This document shows positions 9,532-19,770 of a stretch of 64,000 nucleotides of DNA, piece after piece. This DNA is from a virus. Lineage: Duplodnaviria > Caudoviricetes. A program made the translations under genes and the position numbers. The notes below the pieces were generated by a model that was not told the origin of the DNA, ran no database searches, and saw nothing but the letters and a program-made list of their open reading frames with translations. Numbering within the stretch: position 1 is the stretch's first letter; each line of letters opens with the position of its first letter. The stretch covers positions 1 through 64,000 of IMG/VR virus record IMGVR_UViG_2718218393_000006, one strand, 5' to 3'.

Positions 9532-9643
9532 AGGTGCGGGTTAGCTGGATCATCACGGTGTCCTTTTGTTATGCCAGCTAATTTTTCACCTCGTTTACAT
9601 TCCAGACAATCGCACTTCTGACATCAAAAACGACACAGTTCGC

Positions 9644-10366
9644 CTATACAGCGGTTAAATCTGCACTGATGTTGAACAGCCGCCGGACCAGGTCAATCCG
9701 GTTTCGCGCCGCGTGCAATCCCCTGATTTTATTGATCCTGTCGCGCACCGTCCTCACCGACACCCCCACCTCGCCGGCGATATCCTCGTCGCCCAAGCCG
9801 TCCAGCATGCGCTGCAGGATATGACAATCTCGTTTATCCAATCCCGACAGATCCGGCTGCTGATAGATCAGCCGGAGGGCGACATCCATCACCGCCGGCG
9901 CCAGCGCCTCAATCAGTTGTTGGGATAGCGGATCTTGCTCCACCTCCACGCCGGCGAAAGACAGCGCCAGCCTCACGTCTCCGCGCTGTTCCACCCAGCT
10001 GACGCCGTTCAGCATGTTGTTGTTGGCGGCGGCCTGGATGAATTTGCGCCGCACCGGGTCGCTGCTGACGGAGAGCAGCCGGGACCACAGCAACAGCTTG
10101 CCTTGCGGCCCATTCCAGACCGGGTCCCGCTCATGCGCGCCGCTGCGTGCGTAACCGGCCATCCACTGCTCGGACCAGCCGACATTTGCCAGCGCGAACA
10201 TCGCGCCGCCGCGCTGGGCGGCGAGAATCACGCGCGTTCCGCCGGGCAATAGCTGGTTCCAGGCGGCGACAAACTGCCGCAGCCCTTCCATGTCATCCAC
10301 TCGCACCAGGGTTTCCAGCAGCGCGAGCAGATGTTCGGTGAGGCGTCCTATTTGAGAGATCTGCAT
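9644..10366 (-). CDS. LuxR-family solo regulator (autoinducer-binding domain + HTH)
   Basis: WxxxY...DP...W...G AHL-pocket pattern (WMAGY, RDPV, LLWS, LNGV); C-terminal LuxR HTH (IAGEVGVSVRTV). Confidence 0.85.
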   Translation of the reverse strand: MQISQIGRLTEHLLALLETLVRVDDMEGLRQFVAAWNQLLPGGTRVILAAQRGGAMFALANVGWSEQWMAGYARSGAHERDPVWNGPQGKLLLWSRLLSVSSDPVRRKFIQAAANNNMLNGVSWVEQRGDVRLALSFAGVEVEQDPLSQQLIEALAPAVMDVALRLIYQQPDLSGLDKRDCHILQRMLDGLGDEDIAGEVGVSVRTVRDRINKIRGLHAARNRIDLVRRLFNISADLTAV

Positions 10367-10412
10367 GGCGTTTCATCGTGGTCTTCATTCCGTTCTAGTT
10401 AAAACTACGTAT

Positions 10413-10437
10413 AAAAAAACCCGCTGGGGAGCGGGTT
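10413..10437 (-). terminator. Intrinsic terminator ending the tail operon
   Basis: AACCCGCT-CCCC-AGCGGGTT followed by a T run on the minus strand. Confidence 0.75.
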
Positions 10438-10459
10438 CTCGTTAAAAATTCCTGCGGCA

Positions 10460-11062
10460 TCAGGCCGGAGGGGTGGGCCAGTCGATTTGCGTTGGGAATT
10501 TAGCCTGCTGCGGCACGCGCGACAACAGTACGCGGTAGCGCCGCCAGGCCGTCAGCAGCTCAGTCTCCGCGGTTGTGGCGATGCCAAGATCCGCGGCATC
10601 TTGCAAGGGCACAACCGCGGCGTCTGCCTGCGAGCGCCTGAAGGCAACCTCGGCCTCGGCGCTTGTCTTCTGCGCCGCTTGCAGCGCGGCAGCGTCTACC
10701 ACCCAGCCACGGCCATTCCAGACGCCGAACGGTGGCGGCTCCAACTCCGTGGCCCCCAGGCTCGCCGGCGTGTCGCCCAGTGCCGCGACAACCCGCTGCG
10801 CGGTGGACGTACTCCACAAAGGCACCCCGCGCCAATCTGGTAGCACGCGCCAGTTTCCGCCGGCCGCTGCCGCGGGCACCGTGCCGTCGTTCGCGCGGAA
10901 TGCCGCGGCGGAGCCGGCGGCGGCCGCCGGCGGCATGGCTTCGGCAGCCCAGGCTGGGATCAGATAGACCTCCCCGGCTTCGAGTGGCGAGCGCTGCGCT
11001 GTCGTTTCCCCGGTATATTCGCCGGTCTGAGGGTGATATCCGTAAACGGTTTTGTTTTGCAT
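10460..11062 (-). CDS. Tail fibre assembly chaperone
   Basis: C-terminal PLQDAADLGIAT...WRRYRVLLSRV...IDWP motif. Confidence 0.88.
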   Translation of the reverse strand: MQNKTVYGYHPQTGEYTGETTAQRSPLEAGEVYLIPAWAAEAMPPAAAAGSAAAFRANDGTVPAAAAGGNWRVLPDWRGVPLWSTSTAQRVVAALGDTPASLGATELEPPPFGVWNGRGWVVDAAALQAAQKTSAEAEVAFRRSQADAAVVPLQDAADLGIATTAETELLTAWRRYRVLLSRVPQQAKFPTQIDWPTPPA

Positions 11063-11072
11063 GATGGACTCC

Positions 11073-12326
11073 TCAGAACTTGATGCACGCGAGCAGCGCG
11101 ACGTTGCGGGGACGGGTTTCTGATGCGACCCGCGGCGCTCCCGACACCCCCGCCACGGTCCCATCCGTCGCATCGATCGTCGCCTGCCAGGCGGAGTTGA
11201 CCCCGGGCGATGGGAAGGTGATTCCCGCTCCAGTCGTCCAAACCTGGTTGACGTTGTGCCGGTGCCCCTGGAACGCATCGTATTGCAAGGTCCCGATTGA
11301 CCGTCCTGCATCTACGCCGCGCCCGCCATCCCAGCCCCGCACAAACTCGCCGCGTAGGTCGGGCAGATTGAAAGTCGTCGATCCGTCGCCGGCGCCGTAG
11401 GTGGTGCCGATAGCAGCGAACAGCGCGGCATAGGCGGCGCGGCTGACCGCCGAACCATTTGCCATCAGCCAGCCATTCGGGGGATTGGGCATGGCAAAAT
11501 TGGCGACCACTCCAGGCGGCGCAGCACTCGTCACGGCATTTGTCACGGCACTCGCCATTTGCGTGACTGTCACGCCGTCGGTGATGCCGTACCCCGCAAG
11601 CGTGGTCGGCCGGCCGCTGGTGATTTTGCTCCAGTCATGCCCCGGCACGTCGCCCCCGTTCATCTGCCGGGCTGCGGTGACGCGGCCACGGTCATCAACG
11701 GTGACGATACCGTATGTCCCAGTTGCCACCCCGCTAGGGCCTGAGTCGGCAACAGCCATCCACGCTGTCCAGTTTCCGGCATTCACCCGCATGCGAACCA
11801 TCCGAGACCCATCGGTGCCAAATGCGCTCTGGAAGGCCCAAGCTGATTGGCTGGTTCCCGTTGGCGGAATGTTGATCTGATTGGCGATTGTCAGCACAAC
11901 GCCGAAGTCGCTCGGTGAGTTTTTCGTTTTCGCTTTGTCGTATGGCACGGTCCCGGACATGCTGATGCTGTTGAGATCGGCAGGCAGGTCAACGTTGATG
12001 CCTAGCGCGTATTGCAGGGCTGCAGCCAGCTGCGACTTTGTCGCGCCGTCGGTGATGCCGTACCCATCCAGGGTGTTCGGCCGGCTGGCAGTGTTACCCC
12101 ACGCGATGGCGCGGATCGACTGTAGCAGCTGGTTGTTCTGGTCCGGCTTCAGCGCAAACCCAGCGCCTTCAACCACACTGGCCATCTCCTCCTGCCAGCT
12201 GTCGAACAGCTCATATCCCGGCGTCGTCGCCGGCTGCCCGGTTTGCGGATTGCCCGGGCCAAACCCGTGTTTGCCCGCGCCGAATTTGTCCCGCACCGGA
12301 TTGCGGTTGTCGCCTACTCGTCTCAT
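11073..12326 (-). CDS. Tail fibre protein with tail-collar domain
   Basis: Mu-type N-terminus (DKFGAGKHGF); two PxTLxGYGITD repeats; collar motif TFNLPDLRGEFVRGWD; ETRPRNVA C-terminus. Confidence 0.92.
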   Translation of the reverse strand: MRRVGDNRNPVRDKFGAGKHGFGPGNPQTGQPATTPGYELFDSWQEEMASVVEGAGFALKPDQNNQLLQSIRAIAWGNTASRPNTLDGYGITDGATKSQLAAALQYALGINVDLPADLNSISMSGTVPYDKAKTKNSPSDFGVVLTIANQINIPPTGTSQSAWAFQSAFGTDGSRMVRMRVNAGNWTAWMAVADSGPSGVATGTYGIVTVDDRGRVTAARQMNGGDVPGHDWSKITSGRPTTLAGYGITDGVTVTQMASAVTNAVTSAAPPGVVANFAMPNPPNGWLMANGSAVSRAAYAALFAAIGTTYGAGDGSTTFNLPDLRGEFVRGWDGGRGVDAGRSIGTLQYDAFQGHRHNVNQVWTTGAGITFPSPGVNSAWQATIDATDGTVAGVSGAPRVASETRPRNVALLACIKF

Positions 12327-12922
12327 TGGTCTACCCCTCCATATGCAATCAAAACCGTGCTGACAGCCGGCGCTTCCCGCCGGATCACGCACTCGATCAT
12401 CGTGTCGCCCCAGGTGCGCAGCGGCTCCTCCGCGCCTGACTCTGTTGTTGCCTCCACCACCCGCGTGCCGGCCGGCAGGTTCAGCGCCCAGGTGTGCCGC
12501 CAGCCAATGTCCTGCAGCGGCTCCTCGCAGCTCATTTCGCAGTGGTGGTAGCGATACCGGGTGATGGTGGCGCCGGGGTAGCCCAGCCGCGCCGCCAGCT
12601 GCAGGAAACGCGGCGCGCGCGCGCCGCCGGCGTCGGTGAGCTTTGCCACCACCGCCTGCTGGCGCGCCAACAGCGTCTGCTCGCCCACGGTGCAGGCGTC
12701 CGGCAGGCCCAGGCTGGCCTCCCATTCCGGCAGCAGCAGCTGGGCGCGGCGCGGGTCGGACTCCTGCAGCAGCAGTTGCGCGCGGGCGTCCGCGTCGGCC
12801 AGCTTGGCGGCCAGCGCCGCCAGCAGCGTGGCCAGCTCGCTGTCGTCCTCCGCCATCAGCGCCAGGCCGGGCGGCAGCAGCGCCGCCAGCTGCTGCTGGT
12901 AGTGGGCAGCGGTCACTGCCAT
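12323..12922 (-). CDS. Baseplate protein, Mu gp48/YmfQ (DUF2313)
   Basis: LLPPG...LLPEWE...LGLPD.C motif and synteny. Confidence 0.85.
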   Translation of the reverse strand: MAVTAAHYQQQLAALLPPGLALMAEDDSELATLLAALAAKLADADARAQLLLQESDPRRAQLLLPEWEASLGLPDACTVGEQTLLARQQAVVAKLTDAGGARAPRFLQLAARLGYPGATITRYRYHHCEMSCEEPLQDIGWRHTWALNLPAGTRVVEATTESGAEEPLRTWGDTMIECVIRREAPAVSTVLIAYGGVDQ

Positions 12923-13992
12923 GTGATGTTCCCGATCACCGCCAGCTCGCCCACGCCGCACACGATGTCCGTCGCCGGCGCCAGCAGCTGGTGGTCGTAC
13001 TCGCCCGGCGCGCCGGAGATCTGTTCCGTGATGTGGCTGCGGGGAATGGTGACGGGGGTGATGGTGCCGCTGCGCACCGGCGCGCCCTCGCTGGCCAGTA
13101 ATGCGGCGAGCGCGTCCGTCACCGCCTGGCGGATGGCCGGCGTGTCCGGCGTCAGCCGGATGCGGAAATCAATCGGCCGGCGGATGGGCGCCAGCGCGTA
13201 GATCTCGCTGAACGGCGTTCCTGTCTGCTCCAGATGATCCTGCACCGCCGCCACCTCGGCGGCGTCCGGGATCATGTCCGGGTCGCCGTCACGGACGAAA
13301 TACACGCCGATCGACCCCGCGCCCAACAACTTGGGCGCCGCCCAGGCGCGGGTGACGCCCGGCACTTCTCGCGCCCACAGCTCCCAGTCCTGGGCCCGGC
13401 CCACCTGGCCGCTGTTATAGCGCGCCTCCATCACCCGGGCGCGCAGCTCGTCGATGCTCTCCAGATCCGCGCCGCCGGACAGCCCCGGAGCCAGCACCTC
13501 CAGCTCGCCGTTGATGCCCGGCACCGGGTTGACCAGCCGCAGCCGGGCGCCGGGCTCGGTATTGCCGGCCGCGCCGGGCTGGACGCAGATCAGCCGCACC
13601 GTAGCGGCGGCCGTGCCGGTATCCGGCAGGGTGACGCCATCCACCACGGCAAACAGCGCGCCATCGGCCCGCGCCAGCTGCTCGCCAGCGGGCAGCGGGG
13701 CCTTGTTGGCGCCGGTGGCGCGCGCGCTGCCGCTGGCGGCGGCCGGCGGCTTGCGTCCATCCGGCAGCCAGATAGCGGCGTGGACTGAAACCAGCGTGTC
13801 CTCGTCGCACTCCATGGGGTGGATCTGCCGGGCGATCCAATCCTGATGTCCATACAGGCCATGCACCGCGCCGGCCAGTCCGCGCGCCAGCGGAGTGAAC
13901 AGGTTGCGCCGCAGCGGGTCGCTGGCTGTCTGCAGCGTCAGCTCCGCCTCCACGCGGCGGGCAATCTCGGCCAGGGTTTGGCGGGGAATCAC
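12913..13992 (-). CDS. Baseplate J / Mu gp47
   Basis: GAAGN, GGADLESIDELRAR, WAREVPGV motifs; GTG start. Confidence 0.9.
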   Translation of the reverse strand: MIPRQTLAEIARRVEAELTLQTASDPLRRNLFTPLARGLAGAVHGLYGHQDWIARQIHPMECDEDTLVSVHAAIWLPDGRKPPAAASGSARATGANKAPLPAGEQLARADGALFAVVDGVTLPDTGTAAATVRLICVQPGAAGNTEPGARLRLVNPVPGINGELEVLAPGLSGGADLESIDELRARVMEARYNSGQVGRAQDWELWAREVPGVTRAWAAPKLLGAGSIGVYFVRDGDPDMIPDAAEVAAVQDHLEQTGTPFSEIYALAPIRRPIDFRIRLTPDTPAIRQAVTDALAALLASEGAPVRSGTITPVTIPRSHITEQISGAPGEYDHQLLAPATDIVCGVGELAVIGNITWQ

Positions 13993-14384
13993 GTGGTCAC
14001 CTCCAGATCGATGGCGCTGCCGTCCAGGATGATGGTCAGCAGCAGGGTTTCGTCGCCGGCGGCGCGGGCGGACACGTCCAGGCTGCGCGCCACGCCGTCG
14101 TCCACCATCCACTGCAGCGCCTCCCGGGCGTAATGGGCGGCGTCGCGCAGCGTTTGCGGGGTGTTTTTGGCGCGCTGGGCCAGCAGCCACAGTCGGCTGC
14201 CCCAACGGTCATACGGCACGCCGGCCAGCACGTCGCCCCACCAGCCGCGGGGATCGGTCTGCCGATCGTCCGGCAGCGCGCGGGCATCGCAGAACAGCGA
14301 CAGCACAATGGCGCTGTCGATCGGGTCGGCAAACAGCGCCAGCGGCAGCGGCGCGGACAGATCTACTACCAGGCGGCGGCTCAT
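13989..14384 (-). CDS. Mu gp46-like baseplate protein
   Basis: LSLFCD...RGWWGD...GSRLWLL...AREALQWMVDDG. Confidence 0.88.
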   Translation of the reverse strand: MSRRLVVDLSAPLPLALFADPIDSAIVLSLFCDARALPDDRQTDPRGWWGDVLAGVPYDRWGSRLWLLAQRAKNTPQTLRDAAHYAREALQWMVDDGVARSLDVSARAAGDETLLLTIILDGSAIDLEVTT

Positions 14385-14965
14385 ACCGGCAGGCCTGACA
14401 TGTCGCCGCCCTTCAACACGCCGCCGTGGGCGTGGCTGTGCAGGGTGATGCCGTTGGAAGTGAAGCCGCCGCCGCTGTGGGTAAAGCCGCCGCTGAATGT
14501 GCCGGCGCCGGTGCCGTTGATGCCGGCCTTGTAGGTGAACAACCCGCCCACCGTCACCGCCTGGCTGAATGTGGTCAACGGCGTGGCCACATCCATGCCA
14601 TCGCTCGCGTTGACGATGAATCGCCGGCACGTCAGCGTGGCGTTGCCCTGGTCGTCAAACAGGAACAGCACGCCGGCGGCGTTGTAAGTGGCGCTCTCGC
14701 CCGCCTTCAGGCCCTTGGGCCGGTGTTCCTCGTTGTCCACGGCCACCGCCACCAGGTGGTCGCGGCTGCCGCCCACCGCCACCATCACCGGCACGCTGCC
14801 GGCCGGCGGGTGGCTGGTGGTGCCGAAGTTCTGCGCGCGCTCCACCTCGTCGCGGGTTTCGCCGTCCAGCGCGGAGATCTGCAGCAGCTGCAGGCCACCG
14901 GCGTCGTTCACCAGGTTGACGATGCCCCGCGCCACCATCAGGCGCATTTTTTGCCAGGCGTTCAT
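14381..14965 (-). CDS. Baseplate spike, gpV/Mu gp45
   Basis: QNFGTTSHP motif; C-terminal HxH (LHSHAHGGV). Confidence 0.88.
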   Translation of the reverse strand: MNAWQKMRLMVARGIVNLVNDAGGLQLLQISALDGETRDEVERAQNFGTTSHPPAGSVPVMVAVGGSRDHLVAVAVDNEEHRPKGLKAGESATYNAAGVLFLFDDQGNATLTCRRFIVNASDGMDVATPLTTFSQAVTVGGLFTYKAGINGTGAGTFSGGFTHSGGGFTSNGITLHSHAHGGVLKGGDMSGLPV

Positions 14966-16092
14966 AAGCTCCCCCAGTCGTCATCGTCGGATTTTTTCTT
15001 CTTGCCGTGCTTGTCGCCCTTGCCGCTGGCCAGGCCGTGCTTGCTGGTGCCGTGAGAGCCCAGCTTGGCGGTGCGCACACCGGACAGCAGGTCAAACGCG
15101 CGCGGGTCGGCAATCTCCAGGTCGCACACCGTGCCGTCGTTTGGGTTCTTCAGGTAGGTGACGCTGACAATCAGCGCCTCGGCGCGGATGCGCAGCCGCG
15201 GGGCGTTCACCGTCACCCGCAGCCCGGGCGCCCACAGCGGCCCAGCGTCGCCGGCCTGCCGCCAGCTCTGCACCCGGATGGTGGCGCGGTTGGCGCGCCC
15301 GCGGCGCACCGTGCATTCCCATTGCGCGCGTTCGGCGGCGCTGGGGCCGTGGGTGTTGTCCTCGGCCAGCACGATCAGCGGCCGGTGGCGGTTGACGGCG
15401 CTGTCCTTGGCGCTGCCCTTCACCGCGTGCTGGGCGTGTCCTCGCGCCTGCCCCTTGACGATGTATTCGCTGTAGCGCTCGCGCCAGCTGAACCGGCCGT
15501 CCGCGCGCAGGATATTCTCGCCCTCGTTGAGCGCGGTCTGGGCGTGGTCGGTGCCGGGCAGGTCGATCACCAACCGGCCGCGGCCGTCGGTCCACATCAT
15601 CAGCGCCTGCTGCCGCGCCGCCCGCTCCAGGCAGTCGAACACCGTTTCCCCCTCCTCGATGTTGAACGAGGGAATGGCCTGATTCGCAGCGCCGGCGCGC
15701 GCCCCCACCGCCACCTCCACGCCAAACGGCGCCAGCAGATCGCGGGCGATGCGGGCCATGCTGGCCCCCTTCCACTGGCCGGTTTTATGGATGGCGCTGC
15801 TATCCACCAGATCCGCCGTTTTGTCCCGGCCGGAGACGTGGAACCAGGTGTTGGACGCGTCATAGCCCGGGTTGCACTCGTCCACGTAACCGGTCACCAC
15901 CGGCTCGCCGTCTATGGTCAACACCGCGCGCTGCCCGGGCACGATCGGCCGCGGCTCGTCCTGCCCTGGCCAGCGCTCCGTCACCTGCAACGAATACTGG
16001 CCGGCTAGCTGCTCAAGCCCGCGCTGGATCTCGATATCCGTCCAGCCGCCAAAAATCTGCCCGCCCACCCGCAGCTCGCACACGTCAGCCAT
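14962..16092 (-). CDS. Baseplate hub, Mu gp44 (gpP)
   Basis: FGGW...VTGYVD...GRDKTADLVD motif. Confidence 0.9.
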   Translation of the reverse strand: MADVCELRVGGQIFGGWTDIEIQRGLEQLAGQYSLQVTERWPGQDEPRPIVPGQRAVLTIDGEPVVTGYVDECNPGYDASNTWFHVSGRDKTADLVDSSAIHKTGQWKGASMARIARDLLAPFGVEVAVGARAGAANQAIPSFNIEEGETVFDCLERAARQQALMMWTDGRGRLVIDLPGTDHAQTALNEGENILRADGRFSWRERYSEYIVKGQARGHAQHAVKGSAKDSAVNRHRPLIVLAEDNTHGPSAAERAQWECTVRRGRANRATIRVQSWRQAGDAGPLWAPGLRVTVNAPRLRIRAEALIVSVTYLKNPNDGTVCDLEIADPRAFDLLSGVRTAKLGSHGTSKHGLASGKGDKHGKKKKSDDDDWGSL

Positions 16093-17446
16093 GGCGCAGC
16101 ACCTCCAGCCGCCCGGCCGGCACAAATCCGGGATGGCGCACGCCATTGCGCGCCACCAGATCCGCCGCCACCTCCACGCCGCCGGTGGCCTGGTAGGCCA
16201 CCACCAGCGCCGGCAACGTGGCGTGGGTGGTGAGGATGTCCAGCTCCGCCACCGTCGGCGCCCGCGCTGCCAGGCTGCGCGCCACAGCCTTGCGCAGCGC
16301 CTGCATGGCCGGATACAGCGTGTCCGGCGCCGCCTGCAGCTCCACGTTCAGCGCGTCCAGGATCACCTCCCTCGCCTGCTGCAGCTCCGCCTTGCTTTCG
16401 AACTGCACGCGTGGAATGGAACGGGCGGCCTCGATCACCAGCACCCGGCGCACGAAGTCGGCAAGGGATGGCGGCATCAGCGGCAGCGTCTGCGCCTGGC
16501 CTGACTGCGCCGCGCCGCGGCTGCCGGCCGGCACGCCGCCGGAAGACGCCCCGCCGCCGGCGCGCTGCTGGCTGGCAATGCGCTGGGCGGCGGCCACCGC
16601 CCAGGCCGGGCGCGCGCTGTAGGTGGCCGCGCCGCCGGCAGGCCTGCCGCCTGAGCTGCTGCCACCCGGCGTGTCGGCGGGCCGCCGGCCGCGGTTTGGC
16701 TCCAGCGTCTGGTAAGGGTGCAGCACGTCGCCGCGCAGCAGCTTGCGCCAGCTGGAGAGCCCGGAAAACGGGTTGCGCAGCCGGCCGATCAGCGACTGAA
16801 TGCGGCCCTGAATGCGCCCCACCAGCGCCAACGGCGCGTTGATGATGCGCTGCACAGCGTTGATCACCCCGTCCACGAATGCCAGCGCGGCGTCCAGCGG
16901 CGCCAGGAAACTCTCCAGCGTGGCGCACAGCTGCTCCACCACGGCGGCGGCCTCCTCCGCCAGGCCGACGATGTCGTCCAGCCAGTTGCGGGACAGCTCC
17001 TCACCGCTGGCGGCCAGGGCCTCGTCCGCAGCCTCGTCCAGCTGGGCGTCGGTATCGTCCGCGGCGTTCGGCTCCAGGTTCTGGCCAGCCTCAACAAACA
17101 CCATTTCCACTTCGGTGACGCCGCCGATGAAATCCGGATCGCGCACCGTCGCCTTGCCCTGCAGCTGGCACAGCAGCCGGCCGTGGTATGGGTGGTCCAG
17201 CTCGCCCGGGCCAGGGGCCTCCAGGTCGTCCAGCAGCAGCTGCAGATCCTGGGCGGCCGTCGGGCCGATGAACAGCGCGGTGACGCGGTACACCCGCGCC
17301 GCGCGGCCCAGGTCTTCGCCATAGGGGATGTCCCGGTACGGGTATTCGTGCAGCACGTTGCGCCGGCCCACCTCCGCGCCGGCGCTCTTGAAATAGAACG
17401 GCCGGCCGCGCCAGCTGCCATAGATCGGGTCGGGCTTGGCCGCCAT
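16085..17446 (-). CDS. DNA circularisation protein, Mu gpN-like
   Basis: GSWRG.PF...HEYPYRD...EDLGR...PGELDHP; C-terminal RNGVRHPGFV. Confidence 0.9.
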   Translation of the reverse strand: MAAKPDPIYGSWRGRPFYFKSAGAEVGRRNVLHEYPYRDIPYGEDLGRAARVYRVTALFIGPTAAQDLQLLLDDLEAPGPGELDHPYHGRLLCQLQGKATVRDPDFIGGVTEVEMVFVEAGQNLEPNAADDTDAQLDEAADEALAASGEELSRNWLDDIVGLAEEAAAVVEQLCATLESFLAPLDAALAFVDGVINAVQRIINAPLALVGRIQGRIQSLIGRLRNPFSGLSSWRKLLRGDVLHPYQTLEPNRGRRPADTPGGSSSGGRPAGGAATYSARPAWAVAAAQRIASQQRAGGGASSGGVPAGSRGAAQSGQAQTLPLMPPSLADFVRRVLVIEAARSIPRVQFESKAELQQAREVILDALNVELQAAPDTLYPAMQALRKAVARSLAARAPTVAELDILTTHATLPALVVAYQATGGVEVAADLVARNGVRHPGFVPAGRLEVLRHG

Positions 17447-19632
17447 CAGTTGGCCCCCTGCATGGAGCGACCCACGTTCATGGTGGTGGTCGGGCCCAGC
17501 GGCTTGGTGCGGGTCTCCACCTGCAGCCCGGGCGGCGCGTGGATCACAACATCCACCGTGCCGCCGATCTTGGTTTGCTTCACCTGGTTCAGCAGCGCCT
17601 CGGTCACCTGCTGGTTCTGGCCGAACACCTGGGCCAGATTGTCGCCGCCGGCCGGCAGCTGCGGCGCCGGGGTCTTGAGGCCGGCGAACCAGGCCTCATT
17701 GCTCTTGCCCTGCCGCTGGTCCATCAGGTACTTGCGTACCCATTGCTCTTCTTCGTTGTCGAAGCTGCCCAGCTGGTACCACGGCTTGTAGCGATCGCGC
17801 GCGGCATCCACCAGGCCTTTCCCGTATCGCTTCTCCAGGTCCGTGCGCACCTGCGCGCCCTTGTGTAGCTCGTCTTTTTCTTCATTGGGCGTGTACAGCA
17901 GGGCAATCAGCGCTTGAATGCCGGCCATCCAGCCCGCAGCCTTTGCGCCGGCCAGCGGCTGAGCCTTCGCCACTGGCTTCACCCCCAGCTGCTCCATCAG
18001 GCCAGGCTTGCGGGCGATGGCCTGCTCCACCGCGGAGGCGCCCGCCCCTCCAGGAACCGGCACTGCGCCCTTCGGCCCCTTGCCGCCCGTGAAGAAAGAC
18101 CACAGGCCGCCCGCCGCCATGCTGGAAGCCAACGCGCCAAAGCCGGCTGTCGCGCCCGTCAGCGCCGTGGTCAGCGTGGGATATTCGCGGGCATACGCCA
18201 CCAGCTTGTCGGCCGTGTCGCCAAAGGCCTGGTTCAGCGGCGACAGCGCATCCTTGGCCGCCATGTCCTTCTCGTTCTTCAGCTGCTCCGCTTTGAAGTC
18301 CGGCGTGGCGGCGATCAGGTCGTAATTGGTTTGTCCGGTGCCGGCGGCCTTGGGCAGCTTGGCCTCGATGTCCTTCACGTACTGGCGATTGTTGATCAGC
18401 GCCAGCAGCGCCATCATCGCCTGCCGATCCTGCACCAGCTTGCCCACGATGGAGCCCTGCCGCAGGTTCTGCAGGCTCTCCCACACCGCGTCCTGGTCTT
18501 CGCCCTTGCCTTTGGCCTGCTGCATTCGCGCGGCGATCTTCTTGGACACCGGGTCTTTCTGCATCAGCTTGTCGATGATGGCGGCGAAGGCATCCACGCC
18601 GTCCATGCCCTTTTTCAAGCGCGCCTGCGCCAGCTCCTTGGGCAGATTGATGCCGATCTTCTTGGCGTCGTGAACCGTGTCCTGGCTGTTGATCTTCTGC
18701 AGCAGGTTCACCAGGTTATTGCCGGCTTCGTCCTTGGTGCCGGCGGTGATCACCGCCGCTTGGTTGAGCGCCAGCAGCTTGCCCAGGCCCGCCATGCCGG
18801 ACAGGCCGATGGAACGCCCGGCCGCCATCTGCTGCGGCAGCCACTTGGACATGTCCTTGAGTTCGAAACCGCCTTCCTGGCCGGACAAGATCGCCATGTC
18901 CAGCGCCAGCGGCATCTGGTCTTCCTTGATGCCGAAGCTCTGCAGGGAGCGGATAACGATGTTGCCCAGTTCTTTGGAGTCCGCGCCGCTGGCCGTCGAG
19001 TACTTTTGCAGCGTGGGCAGCAGCTTCATCGCCGTGCCCTGGCTTACGGCGCCGGACGCCAGCAGGTTGTCCAGCGTCTCCGCCGCGCCGTCTATCGTGC
19101 CGCCGCCATCCCGCACCGCGGTGCGGATCGCCTTGTCCAGCTCGCCCATGCCCTTCTTGCGGCCGGCCAAATCTCGCTCCGCAAACGCCGTATTGGCCAT
19201 GCCTGCCAGCCGGCGCTCATAGCTCATCGTCTCCTTCATCGGCCCGCTCAACGCGTATCCGCCGGCGGCCACGCCCACGGCCAATCCGCCCGCCTTGCGC
19301 AGCCGATCGGTGGTCTTTTCCAGCGTGGAAAGCTGGCGCCAGGCCTCACGGCTTTCGCGGCGCACCTTGGACAGGTCGCCCACCAGCCGGCCGAAGTAGC
19401 TGCCGCGGCCAAGCTGGGCCATGGCCTGGCCGGCCTGGCGCATGGCGCGGCCGATCGCGCCGCCCTGCAGCGTGGCCTCACGCCCCACCCCATGCAAAGA
19501 GCGATTCACGTTGGCCAAACTGCGGCCGATGGTGTCGCTGTTGCGGCCGGTGGTGGCCGCAGCCTGCGCCAGCGCCTTCTCGTAGCCGCTTGAGTCGGCG
19601 GCGATGCGGACTTTCAGTTCCAGGCTATCCAT
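17446..19632 (-). CDS. Tail tape measure protein
   Basis: Long Ala/Gly-rich helical protein with GQEGGFELKDM motif; synteny. Confidence 0.88.
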   Translation of the reverse strand: MDSLELKVRIAADSSGYEKALAQAAATTGRNSDTIGRSLANVNRSLHGVGREATLQGGAIGRAMRQAGQAMAQLGRGSYFGRLVGDLSKVRRESREAWRQLSTLEKTTDRLRKAGGLAVGVAAGGYALSGPMKETMSYERRLAGMANTAFAERDLAGRKKGMGELDKAIRTAVRDGGGTIDGAAETLDNLLASGAVSQGTAMKLLPTLQKYSTASGADSKELGNIVIRSLQSFGIKEDQMPLALDMAILSGQEGGFELKDMSKWLPQQMAAGRSIGLSGMAGLGKLLALNQAAVITAGTKDEAGNNLVNLLQKINSQDTVHDAKKIGINLPKELAQARLKKGMDGVDAFAAIIDKLMQKDPVSKKIAARMQQAKGKGEDQDAVWESLQNLRQGSIVGKLVQDRQAMMALLALINNRQYVKDIEAKLPKAAGTGQTNYDLIAATPDFKAEQLKNEKDMAAKDALSPLNQAFGDTADKLVAYAREYPTLTTALTGATAGFGALASSMAAGGLWSFFTGGKGPKGAVPVPGGAGASAVEQAIARKPGLMEQLGVKPVAKAQPLAGAKAAGWMAGIQALIALLYTPNEEKDELHKGAQVRTDLEKRYGKGLVDAARDRYKPWYQLGSFDNEEEQWVRKYLMDQRQGKSNEAWFAGLKTPAPQLPAGGDNLAQVFGQNQQVTEALLNQVKQTKIGGTVDVVIHAPPGLQVETRTKPLGPTTTMNVGRSMQGAN

Positions 19633-19770
19633 CGTCGTTCTCTTGAGTCAGCCGTGACAGGTAATGGCGGTAGCGCCATTCGGGGAGCGCCAGGATTTCG
19701 GATTCGGTCATGCTGGTGCGGGTGAGCAGCAGCAGCACGCCGTCCCAAAACCCGGCCCGGCGCTCCCCGC

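Noticed and set aside
10460-12326. Invertible tail-fibre cassette or DGR target
   Set aside because: No second inverted fibre segment, flanking inverted repeats or reverse transcriptase seen; the internal repeats are ordinary fibre repeats
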